A DNA stretch of 11,594 nucleotides from Oligoflexus sp. (GTDB lineage: Bacteria > Bdellovibrionota_B > Oligoflexia > Oligoflexales > Oligoflexaceae): the NCBI GenBank assembly GCA_041736305.1, contig JBGSTX010000098.1, positions 1 to 11,594 on the forward strand, written 5' to 3'. The notes under the pieces are model-generated. The model was not told the origin of the DNA, ran no database searches, and was given only the letters and a program-made list of their open reading frames with translations. Below are positions 1 through 7,162 of the stretch, piece by piece. A program made the translations under genes and the position numbers. Position 1 is the first letter of the stretch. Each line of letters begins with the position of its first letter.

Positions 1-1301
1 CAGCCTTGGTGCTTTTCCACGATATCAAGTTTGCTCATGACCGTGTCGACCCACCACTGAGGATTCTTGTAGAGATCGCCATTGCGACCAGCGATAAACA
101 CTTTAGTCAGCTGTTCCTTGATTTTAGATCGAACGGCTGGAGTCAAGGTGTCTCCGGTGCCACCGCCTAAAGCTACGAAGCGAGAAAGAAGGAAACGACG
201 ACCGGCCTCACTGATTCTTGTGTTTTTCAGAGGTCCAAGAGTTTGCTGAGGATGCGCCGAGGCAACCGAGACTTCACAGCTTCTATCGCCGCGGAAAACG
301 CCTGTAGACAGCTTGTTCGCCCACGTTGCCATCGCAATATCGAGCTGCCTAGCATCGGTAAAATCAGTGCGGATGTCCCACGATAGACGAAAGCCACCCA
401 TCGTCGCCCCGAGATCATGAATTACGAGCCAAGCGGCATCGGGAGCACATTCAGTTTCTGACAAAACATTAGTGCAATATACCCGCTGATTGCCCTCCTG
501 ATTATCAACGTGAGAAATCATGGCGGCGAGAATCGCGAGCGCATGACGTTTAGCTAGCTCGTCGTCGACCTTGTCCGGCGGAAATGACAGCAGGCTTTTA
601 TCCATAGAGAGATCGTCTGCAAATGACCATCCCTCTTTTTTGGTCTCGACAACAACGATCGGCTCAGCAAATTTCCGTTCAATAACAGCTGGGGTATACG
701 AGGTCGATTGCTTCTTATCGACGAGGGATTTGACAAGGGCACGTGCCTTAGACTTATCGGCTTCGGAACCGTCGCGAGCCTTTTTAATCATCGACCAGAC
801 ATCTTGATCGCTCGGACATCCAATGCATTTCACACGCACTGAATAATAAGTGTCGGCGGGAAATCCTAAGAGCCAGAGCAGGCGCGAGCCCGCCGGTTCA
901 TTGTAAATTTCTGGATTATTCTTGTCGTATTTTATCTTTACGTTCTTTGCCACGACTTTGCCGGATTCATCGATTATGTTGCAGATGAATTTTGGCGACA
1001 AACCACTGGGCGGATCATCGAAGTTTTTATCAGAGAATACACAGTTGACGGTTTCGTCCCAGTCGAAATAGTCAAGTCCTTTTACAGCTCCCGCTGGCAT
1101 CTCGCCGTTTTTGATTTCCAGCTCACTCTTGGTACTAGGATTAGAAATTCCGCGGAAGACTTGGGCGCGGCTAACGAGCTCATTACGCTTGGTTTGGGGG
1201 ACATCAACGTCTGATGTTTCGGCCTTGTCTCCCTTTCCCGTAGATTTGCATGAGAAAACCAGACCGAGACTCAAAATGCCTAAAATCTTGCTAGCTCTCA
1301 C
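1..1301 (-). CDS. Predicted lipoprotein with atypical kinase-like fold (HipA/PI3K-like motif order); 3' end truncated by window edge
   Basis: Manual translation: GTG at 1301 with AAGGAG SD (1310-1315), open for 433 codons to the window edge. N-terminus MRASKILGILSLGLVFS-C (basic, hydrophobic, then Cys18). Motifs in order: SGLSPKFIC, VKIKY, EIYNEPAGSRLLWLLGFPAD, HVDNQEGNQR, VIHDLGATMGG. Absent from the ORF track because no stop lies in the window. Confidence 0.8.
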   Translation of the reverse strand, partial: MRASKILGILSLGLVFSCKSTGKGDKAETSDVDVPQTKRNELVSRAQVFRGISNPSTKSELEIKNGEMPAGAVKGLDYFDWDETVNCVFSDKNFDDPPSGLSPKFICNIIDESGKVVAKNVKIKYDKNNPEIYNEPAGSRLLWLLGFPADTYYSVRVKCIGCPSDQDVWSMIKKARDGSEADKSKARALVKSLVDKKQSTSYTPAVIERKFAEPIVVVETKKEGWSFADDLSMDKSLLSFPPDKVDDELAKRHALAILAAMISHVDNQEGNQRVYCTNVLSETECAPDAAWLVIHDLGATMGGFRLSWDIRTDFTDARQLDIAMATWANKLSTGVFRGDRSCEVSVASAHPQQTLGPLKNTRISEAGRRFLLSRFVALGGGTGDTLTPAVRSKIKEQLTKVFIAGRNGDLYKNPQWWVDTVMSKLDIVEKHQG

Positions 1302-1570
1302 AGATCCTACTCCTTCTGTGCGATTGATCCCCTTCCCATAGCCCTAGTCGTTATGCCTTCGCCGAAGCCAAGCATTCACGGAATGATTCCGCGGTGTTTT
1401 GCGATTTAGCCTTAGGGAAAATTTCTAAACGATCATACCTTATTCTAATGACTTGCAAAATAGATTCTTCCCCCTTCCGGATTTTATTGGAGAACTCCGC
1501 CCTCGCTAGGGTCGCACGGAAAATCTGCCGAGAAATGCATAGTTCGTGAACCCTAAAGGAGTTCGACCGG

Positions 1571-2131
1571 ATGAGAAAAAAGGCTGGCAAGAGTACCGAA
1601 AGTAAGAAGTTGAAGGACGCCGTGTCCGCTAACAAAACTCGAATAAAGAAAAAGCCACTTGCGGGAGTCCGCGACTGGGCAGGAGAAAAGATGCAATCGA
1701 GCAAGAGCTGGGTCCGCGGTACCAGCACCAAAGCGCGGGTAGCCTTTCTTTGTCTTGGCGTGATTGGATTAAGTGCGGGAGCCCTACCCTTTGTCGATTT
1801 AAAGGGTCCTATGGCCTCTCTCAACTCGCAGCTCACGACAGAGAATCAAAGCGACAAGCAGCCCGAAGTTAAAGCAGAAATGAAACACGCTAAAGGACAG
1901 AGTGAAAATTCAGCGGTAAAGGCCAGGGCCATAGAGACAGAGCCCAAATCTACGACCCGATTGAGTGCTGATAAGCCGAACAATTCGTTCACGAAAAAAG
2001 CTACGGTCAAAAGCAAGAAAGCCAAATCGAAATCTGCACTGCATGCCAAAAAAGCTAAGATCGAAAAGTCTAAGCTTGCGAAGCATAAAACCTTAAAGGG
2101 CAAACGATCATTAGCCGCTAAAGATAAATAG
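1571..2131 (+). CDS. Lysine-rich hypothetical protein with a single hydrophobic segment
   Basis: 186-aa ORF with AAGGAG upstream of ATG 1571 and an alternative ATG at 1691 preceded by AGGAG. One TM/signal-like stretch VAFLCLGVIGLSAGALPFV. 18 of the last 45 residues are Lys. A hairpin follows the stop. Confidence 0.75.
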   Translation: MRKKAGKSTESKKLKDAVSANKTRIKKKPLAGVRDWAGEKMQSSKSWVRGTSTKARVAFLCLGVIGLSAGALPFVDLKGPMASLNSQLTTENQSDKQPEVKAEMKHAKGQSENSAVKARAIETEPKSTTRLSADKPNNSFTKKATVKSKKAKSKSALHAKKAKIEKSKLAKHKTLKGKRSLAAKDK

Positions 2132-2153
2132 AATCTTGTTTTCTTTTCTTATT

Positions 2154-2182
2154 AGACCGGAGATCAGCATGATCTTCGGTCT
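2154..2182. terminator. Stem-loop between convergent genes, possible terminator
   Basis: AGACCGGAGATCA-GCA-TGATCTTCGGTCT forms a 13-bp stem with one G-U pair on the + strand, between stops at 2131 and 2204. The U-tract is weak. Confidence 0.55.
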
Positions 2183-2203
2183 TATCTCTATTGCCTATAC
2201 CTT

Positions 2204-3670
2204 TTAAACGCGGCGCATCAGTCCTGCGAAGTCGCGTTGCCCATCAAAATTCACCCCAAGCGCTTGCAGCAGAAGACTGTAGACATCAGCTTCTTCCATC
2301 TCTCTCCCTCTATCGGGATCGCCTGTGAGCGGATTGAAGCCATAGGTAAGGCCCGTACTCGTGTCGACGCCTCCATAGATGCGGTTGCCTTCGATGCGCG
2401 GCGAAATAAGCACGCTCCCGTTGTTGAGATGGTGGCCGCTCCCGATCCTAGTTTCGCGATCGCGTCCGAATTCAGTCGCAATATAGACGAGCGACCTATC
2501 CCAAATTTTGCCTTCCTCGGGCCTGCCGAGGTAGTCTTCTTCCTTAAGTAGTTGTATAAGTCGGTCGAGCGTCGAGAAGAGCCGCCGCCACATGCTGTTC
2601 TGAGCCCCTTGGTGATTGTTATGAGACCAGTCGAAAGCCAGGGGCAGATGAAGAATTTCCTTTTGCTCACCGACTTCTGTGAAGCGGACCAGGTCATCCA
2701 ATCCGAGCGTGACCGCAGCTGTAAGTCCGTAGCGGAAGAGCAGAAAAGCAAGCGCAGCCTGGGCTTCTAGAGGATCTGTCGCGTAAGCCGGAAAAACAGT
2801 CCGTACCTTCAGCAAGAGAGAGCCACGACTCGAATGGGCGTTAAGCGGAGGAGCTAGCCGCGCCTGGTCGAAGAACATGAGGGCCTCGAGCAGTTCGGCA
2901 GCTTCCAACTTGGGTATATTCTGCTGATAGCGCACGAAGTCGGCTAGCAAGGCCGACTCATTGTGCTTGGATAAGAACGTGCTATCGAGTTCCGCTCGTA
3001 CCTTCCGCGCAGCCGATAAGATTTTATCGTCAGCTCGACCTTCAATCCGCTGCTCGCGATGTAAAGCCAAGGGAAAGAGCAGAGCGTCCGCTACCGCTTC
3101 AGCTCTGGCGACGCGCGGCAGTTCAGGATCCGTGCCTGGCAGTCCATAGCCACCCATTCCCATGTTAATATTCGCCAGGAGCATTGATTGCCCATGGGCT
3201 GCTGCAGCCGCTTCCATCAAGGTCCGTCCACGGTTGATGCCGTTGCCATTAAGGGAACGTTGGGCTGCTATCAAGTGGTTGACGCTAGTCCCCGTATGCG
3301 TGATAACCGCTGCATCTCGCCCGTGCTTGCGCAAGAAGGTCCGCATTTCGTAGTTGGTATCGACCGGAACTCCCAGTTCATAGGGCACCGGTCGCACGCA
3401 AGCGAAGGCAGATCCAGCTTCGATATCAATTTCCGCCGCTGTGTAGCTGCGAATGCTTCGATTATTGTCAGAACCGAGCACAGGTAAGAGGGAATCGACT
3501 ATGCTGGCTCCTCCGTTAGCTGTCACGGCGATGAGCAGTTTTTCAGGGCGGACTCCGCGCGTTGAGACAGAAGAGCCGGCAGCGGCGCTGGCCTTGGCCT
3601 GATAAGCGCCCCAAAAACTCAGCCAGGCGGCGGTCTCTAACAGATGTCGGCGATCGAGCTTTTTACTCAT
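2204..3670 (-). CDS. DUF1501-family protein with Tat signal peptide
   Basis: 488 aa. N-terminal SKKLDRRHLL twin-arginine-like motif followed by an Ala-rich segment. Motifs NGGAS, FDWSH, VYIATEFGR, GHH and I-x-GNRIYG are typical of DUF1501 proteins. SD GAGGGGAG overlaps the upstream stop. Confidence 0.75.
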   Translation of the reverse strand: MSKKLDRRHLLETAAWLSFWGAYQAKASAAAGSSVSTRGVRPEKLLIAVTANGGASIVDSLLPVLGSDNNRSIRSYTAAEIDIEAGSAFACVRPVPYELGVPVDTNYEMRTFLRKHGRDAAVITHTGTSVNHLIAAQRSLNGNGINRGRTLMEAAAAAHGQSMLLANINMGMGGYGLPGTDPELPRVARAEAVADALLFPLALHREQRIEGRADDKILSAARKVRAELDSTFLSKHNESALLADFVRYQQNIPKLEAAELLEALMFFDQARLAPPLNAHSSRGSLLLKVRTVFPAYATDPLEAQAALAFLLFRYGLTAAVTLGLDDLVRFTEVGEQKEILHLPLAFDWSHNNHQGAQNSMWRRLFSTLDRLIQLLKEEDYLGRPEEGKIWDRSLVYIATEFGRDRETRIGSGHHLNNGSVLISPRIEGNRIYGGVDTSTGLTYGFNPLTGDPDRGREMEEADVYSLLLQALGVNFDGQRDFAGLMRRV

Positions 3671-3683
3671 GAGCGATCTCCCC

Positions 3684-4244
3684 TCAGAAAAATAGAAATT
3701 CCAGCTGTGAACCTACTGCAAGGCAGAGCGCCTGACTGAACATGGAGGCTTTCTCATCACCCAAGGCGGGGTCGTTAGCCAGTCCGAGTAGCGCTGCTTC
3801 CTCAGCAGGCAAAGGATCACGCACGAGAAAGCGCTGATAAAGGTCTCGAATCTGCTGAGCGATCGCGGGGCGATTGAGCTGGCTCAGCTTCTGCTGGAGC
3901 GGGTAGAAACGGAACACTGTAGGGGCTGCTCCTTCGCCGTCCCGGGCGATGCGATTGATGCAAGCGTTTAAGACGACTCGCTCAAAGGCGATGGCAGTGA
4001 GCTGCGAAGGTTCAGGCAAGGATCGATACTGCACGCGGGCAAAAGGATCATGGTCGCCTAGAGCGTAGAGATGCACATCCTTCAAGCAAGAGTATTGACC
4101 CAACTCGAGACAGAGCTCGTCGGCAGCTAGCTCGAGGGCCCGGCTTAGATCGCGTTCAAGAATCTGACTACGCTTCCAAATAAGTTCGGCCGCAGCTGCT
4201 TGGATAGAAAGCGAAAATCCTAGGAGAAAGAAAAGTATACGCAT
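3684..4244 (-). CDS. Secreted hypothetical protein (DUF1501/cytochrome c operon partner)
   Basis: Start reassigned to ATG 4244 (TGA-A-ATG coupling to the upstream stop, GGAGG upstream), giving 186 aa. Signal peptide MRILFFLLGFSLSIQAAAA. Four Cys. C-terminal helical LYQRFLVRDPLPAEEAALL segment. Confidence 0.75.
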   Translation of the reverse strand: MRILFFLLGFSLSIQAAAAELIWKRSQILERDLSRALELAADELCLELGQYSCLKDVHLYALGDHDPFARVQYRSLPEPSQLTAIAFERVVLNACINRIARDGEGAAPTVFRFYPLQQKLSQLNRPAIAQQIRDLYQRFLVRDPLPAEEAALLGLANDPALGDEKASMFSQALCLAVGSQLEFLFF

Positions 4245-4245
4245 T

Positions 4246-5628
4246 TCAGAATCTCCCTCCGAAACTTTGGGTTTCGACCATGGCGTGAATGAGTTTGTTG
4301 GCATTGTAGTTGAGCCCGGGCAGGCTCTGCCAAAGTTCGTCAAACTCGGCGAGCTGTGCTTGGGAACGGGGAGGATTGCCGAGCATGTAGGAATAGAGCA
4401 GCATAGTCAGATTTTTTTGAAAATCCTCGGACTGAACGGCTTTTTGTACCCACGCACCAAGATCAGAAACCGGCTCGCCAAAAAGATAAGCCCAGTTTTC
4501 CCACTGGGTAAATCCCGCATCGAAGCTGCCAACTGCTAGACGGCCGCCGCGGAGACCTACGTACGGAGCAAAGGCATAGGCAAGTGGATCGAGCGTGCTG
4601 TGGCAGAAGGCACAGGCCTCTTCCTTCACCCCTTTATTATCGACATCCCGAGGTTCGTTCGGGACCGGAAAGAGACCTTCGCTCCGAGCAATGTCGAGCC
4701 CGAGGTAAGCGCGATAAGCCTGCGAGGCCGTGTTACGAGGAAGCTCAGCAAACATGGTGTTGGTAGAGATGAACCACTGCGTCGTGATCATTCCATAGCG
4801 CTTGGCTGGTTCGAGAGGCTGGCCGTTTGCCACCGTGATCTTGCCTTCTATTTTCCGGTCCGGAATAGGTACCTCGATTTTTTCTCCGTTTGGGCCTATG
4901 TGATACTGAGCACTCAGCAAATCACGCATGTCGCGATCACCGCTCATAACATGCACGAAGAGCCGGTAGTCGTAACTATAGTCACCGATCACAAAGGGAT
5001 TGCCATCAACACCGACGGCGCGATTAGGCTTGATTTTGTCATCAGCAAGCCGCGGCAAGGCATCTTTCAACCAAAAGTCGCTGACTAGACACTTGTCGAG
5101 CGCACTGTGCAGCTCGATCTTTTGCTCCGCTGCGGATTTAGTTCTAAAGGCGACCAAATCTTGATAAGAGGGCGAGGCTCCGCAGAAGAGAAGATGAGCT
5201 CTTCTCCATGCCAGCTCTGGCTCGAAAGCAGTCTGATCAGAAGGCGGAGGCGGCATGGGACCCTGATCGGGTTTCGACAAATCGCTTCCTTCGGCAAGCT
5301 CCGTCTCATTCGTTCGCCCATCACCATCGCTGTCGATGGTGGCGATAGCACGCAAGCTTTCATCTAAATAACGACTGAAGGCAGCGGGGCTCTTATCGAA
5401 GTCGGCGAACGACCGCAGCTTTCGCGATAAGTCGCCACCGTAAAGGTTGAGAGTGGGAGGTGCCGTGTGACAAGTCTGACAGCTCGCCTGGCCGCTGCTA
5501 CAGGCAGGGGCCTCCGGATAGCTCGAGCAGAAGAGCGAGGCGTTGAGTGGAATGGCATTGAGTTGAGAAGCGAAGTTCGCAAATCCCAACACAAAGCCGA
5601 GGTACCAGAGCCTTGGGCGACTAGGCAT
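4246..5628 (-). CDS. Secreted diheme c-type cytochrome, DUF1588/DUF1585-like C-terminal part
   Basis: Likely start is ATG 5628 (AGAGG 9 nt upstream), giving 460 aa with a signal peptide. Two CxxCH motifs (CQTCH, CAFCH). The RYGMITT...CAFCHSTLDPL pattern resembles DUF1588. Acidic DSDGDGRTNETELAEGSD loop is Ca-binding-like. Confidence 0.75.
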   Translation of the reverse strand: MPSRPRLWYLGFVLGFANFASQLNAIPLNASLFCSSYPEAPACSSGQASCQTCHTAPPTLNLYGGDLSRKLRSFADFDKSPAAFSRYLDESLRAIATIDSDGDGRTNETELAEGSDLSKPDQGPMPPPPSDQTAFEPELAWRRAHLLFCGASPSYQDLVAFRTKSAAEQKIELHSALDKCLVSDFWLKDALPRLADDKIKPNRAVGVDGNPFVIGDYSYDYRLFVHVMSGDRDMRDLLSAQYHIGPNGEKIEVPIPDRKIEGKITVANGQPLEPAKRYGMITTQWFISTNTMFAELPRNTASQAYRAYLGLDIARSEGLFPVPNEPRDVDNKGVKEEACAFCHSTLDPLAYAFAPYVGLRGGRLAVGSFDAGFTQWENWAYLFGEPVSDLGAWVQKAVQSEDFQKNLTMLLYSYMLGNPPRSQAQLAEFDELWQSLPGLNYNANKLIHAMVETQSFGGRF

Positions 5629-5829
5629 AGTGTGCATCCTCTTTTTCATCTCATTTTTATGAGATCGCTGCTTGTTCAGCTTACAAAAACGAGAGATTTT
5701 CTTTGCAGAGTATACGTGAGTATCCAAAGAATTAAAGCGGCATTCTCGAGGGCAGCTTTAGAAGCGCTAGCCTTCTCTCGATATTTCACATCTTAGCATC
5801 GTTCTCTCCTCAGCTTCAGCTCTTCACTA

Positions 5830-5845
5830 GGCAAAAGCTAGGCCA
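5830..5845 (-). promoter_or_regulatory. Candidate sigma54 (-24/-12) promoter for the cytochrome c/DUF1501 operon
   Basis: Minus strand reads TGGCCTAGCTTTTGCC: TGGC...TTGC with exact GG-N10-GC spacing. It is intergenic, correctly oriented, and has an AT-rich tract just upstream (about 5855-5875). Confidence 0.35.
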
Positions 5846-5907
5846 GGGCGTCTCAAAAAGTTTTATATAGTTTAAGAGAGTAAGCAATATCGCTGAGATA
5901 GGCGGAT

Positions 5908-5933
5908 AAAAAATCGGCCCCAGGGCGGGGCCG
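5908..5933 (-). terminator. Rho-independent terminator of the oxidoreductase gene
   Basis: Minus strand CGGCCCC-GCCCT-GGGGCCG (7-bp GC stem) followed by ATTTTTT, 15 nt downstream of the stop at 5949. Confidence 0.8.
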
Positions 5934-5948
5934 GATGGTACAGAAAAT

Positions 5949-6947
5949 CTAAACTTCGATGAAGAGTTTACCAGTGTTCTCACCTTTGAAGAGCATATTG
6001 AGGGCATCGGGCGCCTTCTCGAGTCCTTTGACGACGGTCGACTTATACTTGATCTTGCCTTCTTTCATCCATTTCGCCAGCTCGGCGGTTGCTTCGGGAA
6101 TCTTCTTGGCAAAGTCGAAGACGATGAAACCTTGCACCAGCACACGCTTCATGAGAATCAGCGAAAATCCTTTGGGACCAGGAGTCGGACGCTCGTCATT
6201 GTATGAAGAGATCATTCCGCAAAGCGGGATGCGCGAGAAGAGGTTGAGGCGCTTTAGAACTTCCTCGAGAGTCTCGCCTCCCACGTTTTCAAAATAAACG
6301 TCGATTCCCTTGGGACAGGTACGATCGAGCCCAGCTCCGATTGATTCTTTCTTGTAGTTGATGACTTCGTCGAAATGCAGTTCGTTCTTGAGCCAAGCAC
6401 ACTTCTCGTCAGAACCGGCGATACCAACGACGCGCGCTCCCTTTATTTTAGCGATCTGTCCGACAATCGAGCCAACCGCACCAGCGGCAGCAGAAACGAC
6501 TACTGTCTCTCCAGGCTTCGGTTTGCCAATTTCAAGAAGACCGAAATATGCTGTTAAGCCCGTCATCCCAATAGGTCCCATATGAGCATCGAGAGGTACA
6601 TCCAGATCAGGAAGTTTGCTCACTTGGCCCGCTGCCACCAAGGAATATGCCTGCCAACCAAGCAGTCCCGAGACCAAATCGCCTTCTTTGAAGAGAGGCG
6701 AATTACTCTTTTCAACCCGGCCTATACCCAAACCACGCATCACGTCACCAACCTGCACAGGCTCCATATACTGAGGCATGTCGCTCATCCAGATCCGATT
6801 GGTCGGATCGAGGCTAAGATATTGAACTTTGACGAGAAGCTGGTCCTTGCCAGGACTTGGTATGTCAGTCTCTGTCCACTGGAAGTTGCTCGAGGTGATC
6901 ATACCTTGGGGACGAACTTTGAGTTTCCAAGCTGGGTTCTTAGCCAC
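5949..6947 (-). CDS. NADP-dependent oxidoreductase, MDR superfamily (prostaglandin reductase / CurA-YncB-like)
   Basis: Start reassigned to GTG 6947 (AAGGAG upstream), giving 332 aa. Hallmark motifs YLSLDP, GMTGLTAYFGL, VVSAAAGAVGS, GIDVYFENVGG, CGMISSYN, GENTGK. Confidence 0.95.
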   Translation of the reverse strand: MAKNPAWKLKVRPQGMITSSNFQWTETDIPSPGKDQLLVKVQYLSLDPTNRIWMSDMPQYMEPVQVGDVMRGLGIGRVEKSNSPLFKEGDLVSGLLGWQAYSLVAAGQVSKLPDLDVPLDAHMGPIGMTGLTAYFGLLEIGKPKPGETVVVSAAAGAVGSIVGQIAKIKGARVVGIAGSDEKCAWLKNELHFDEVINYKKESIGAGLDRTCPKGIDVYFENVGGETLEEVLKRLNLFSRIPLCGMISSYNDERPTPGPKGFSLILMKRVLVQGFIVFDFAKKIPEATAELAKWMKEGKIKYKSTVVKGLEKAPDALNMLFKGENTGKLFIEV

Positions 6948-7086
6948 GTAGTTTTCTCCTTCGATTGAGTCCGAAATCACAAATCTCCTCCTTTTAGGCC
7001 GAAAGGCTCGAAGAAGCAAGTTTCCGCTCCCATAACTTAATATCAGGTTTTTTGTAGACTACACAAAGAGCAGACGCAGCCAAACG

Positions 7087-7113
7087 TAAAGTCACGAGCC
7101 AGTAAGCCGATCA
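7087..7113 (+). promoter_or_regulatory. Candidate sigma28 (FliA) promoter
   Basis: TAAA(7087-7090)-N15-GCCGATCA(7106-7113) versus the consensus TAAA-N15-GCCGATAA: one mismatch and exact spacing, directly upstream of the operon. Confidence 0.6.
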
Positions 7114-7162
7114 ACAAGCAGGCATGCTTAGTCAAAAATGTTCATGTGCGAGGACTGGTCGC

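Noticed and set aside
227-1341. Four short track ORFs at the left end
   Set aside because: They overlap the long minus-strand lipoprotein frame, which has an SD, a signal peptide and coherent motifs.
1507-1534. Second sigma28-like promoter (GCCGAGAA) upstream of the Lys-rich gene
   Set aside because: The -10 element is plausible, but the -35 element (TAGG at 16-nt spacing) is a poor match.
1351-2103. Minus-strand ORFs 1351-1836 and 1846-2103
   Set aside because: They are antisense to the Lys-rich gene. Their Phe/Leu richness mirrors its AAA/AAG codons.
4245-7019. Longest-ORF starts at 4343, 5727 and 7019
   Set aside because: Downstream starts (4244, 5628, 6947) have SD sequences and place the signal peptides or the family N-terminus correctly.
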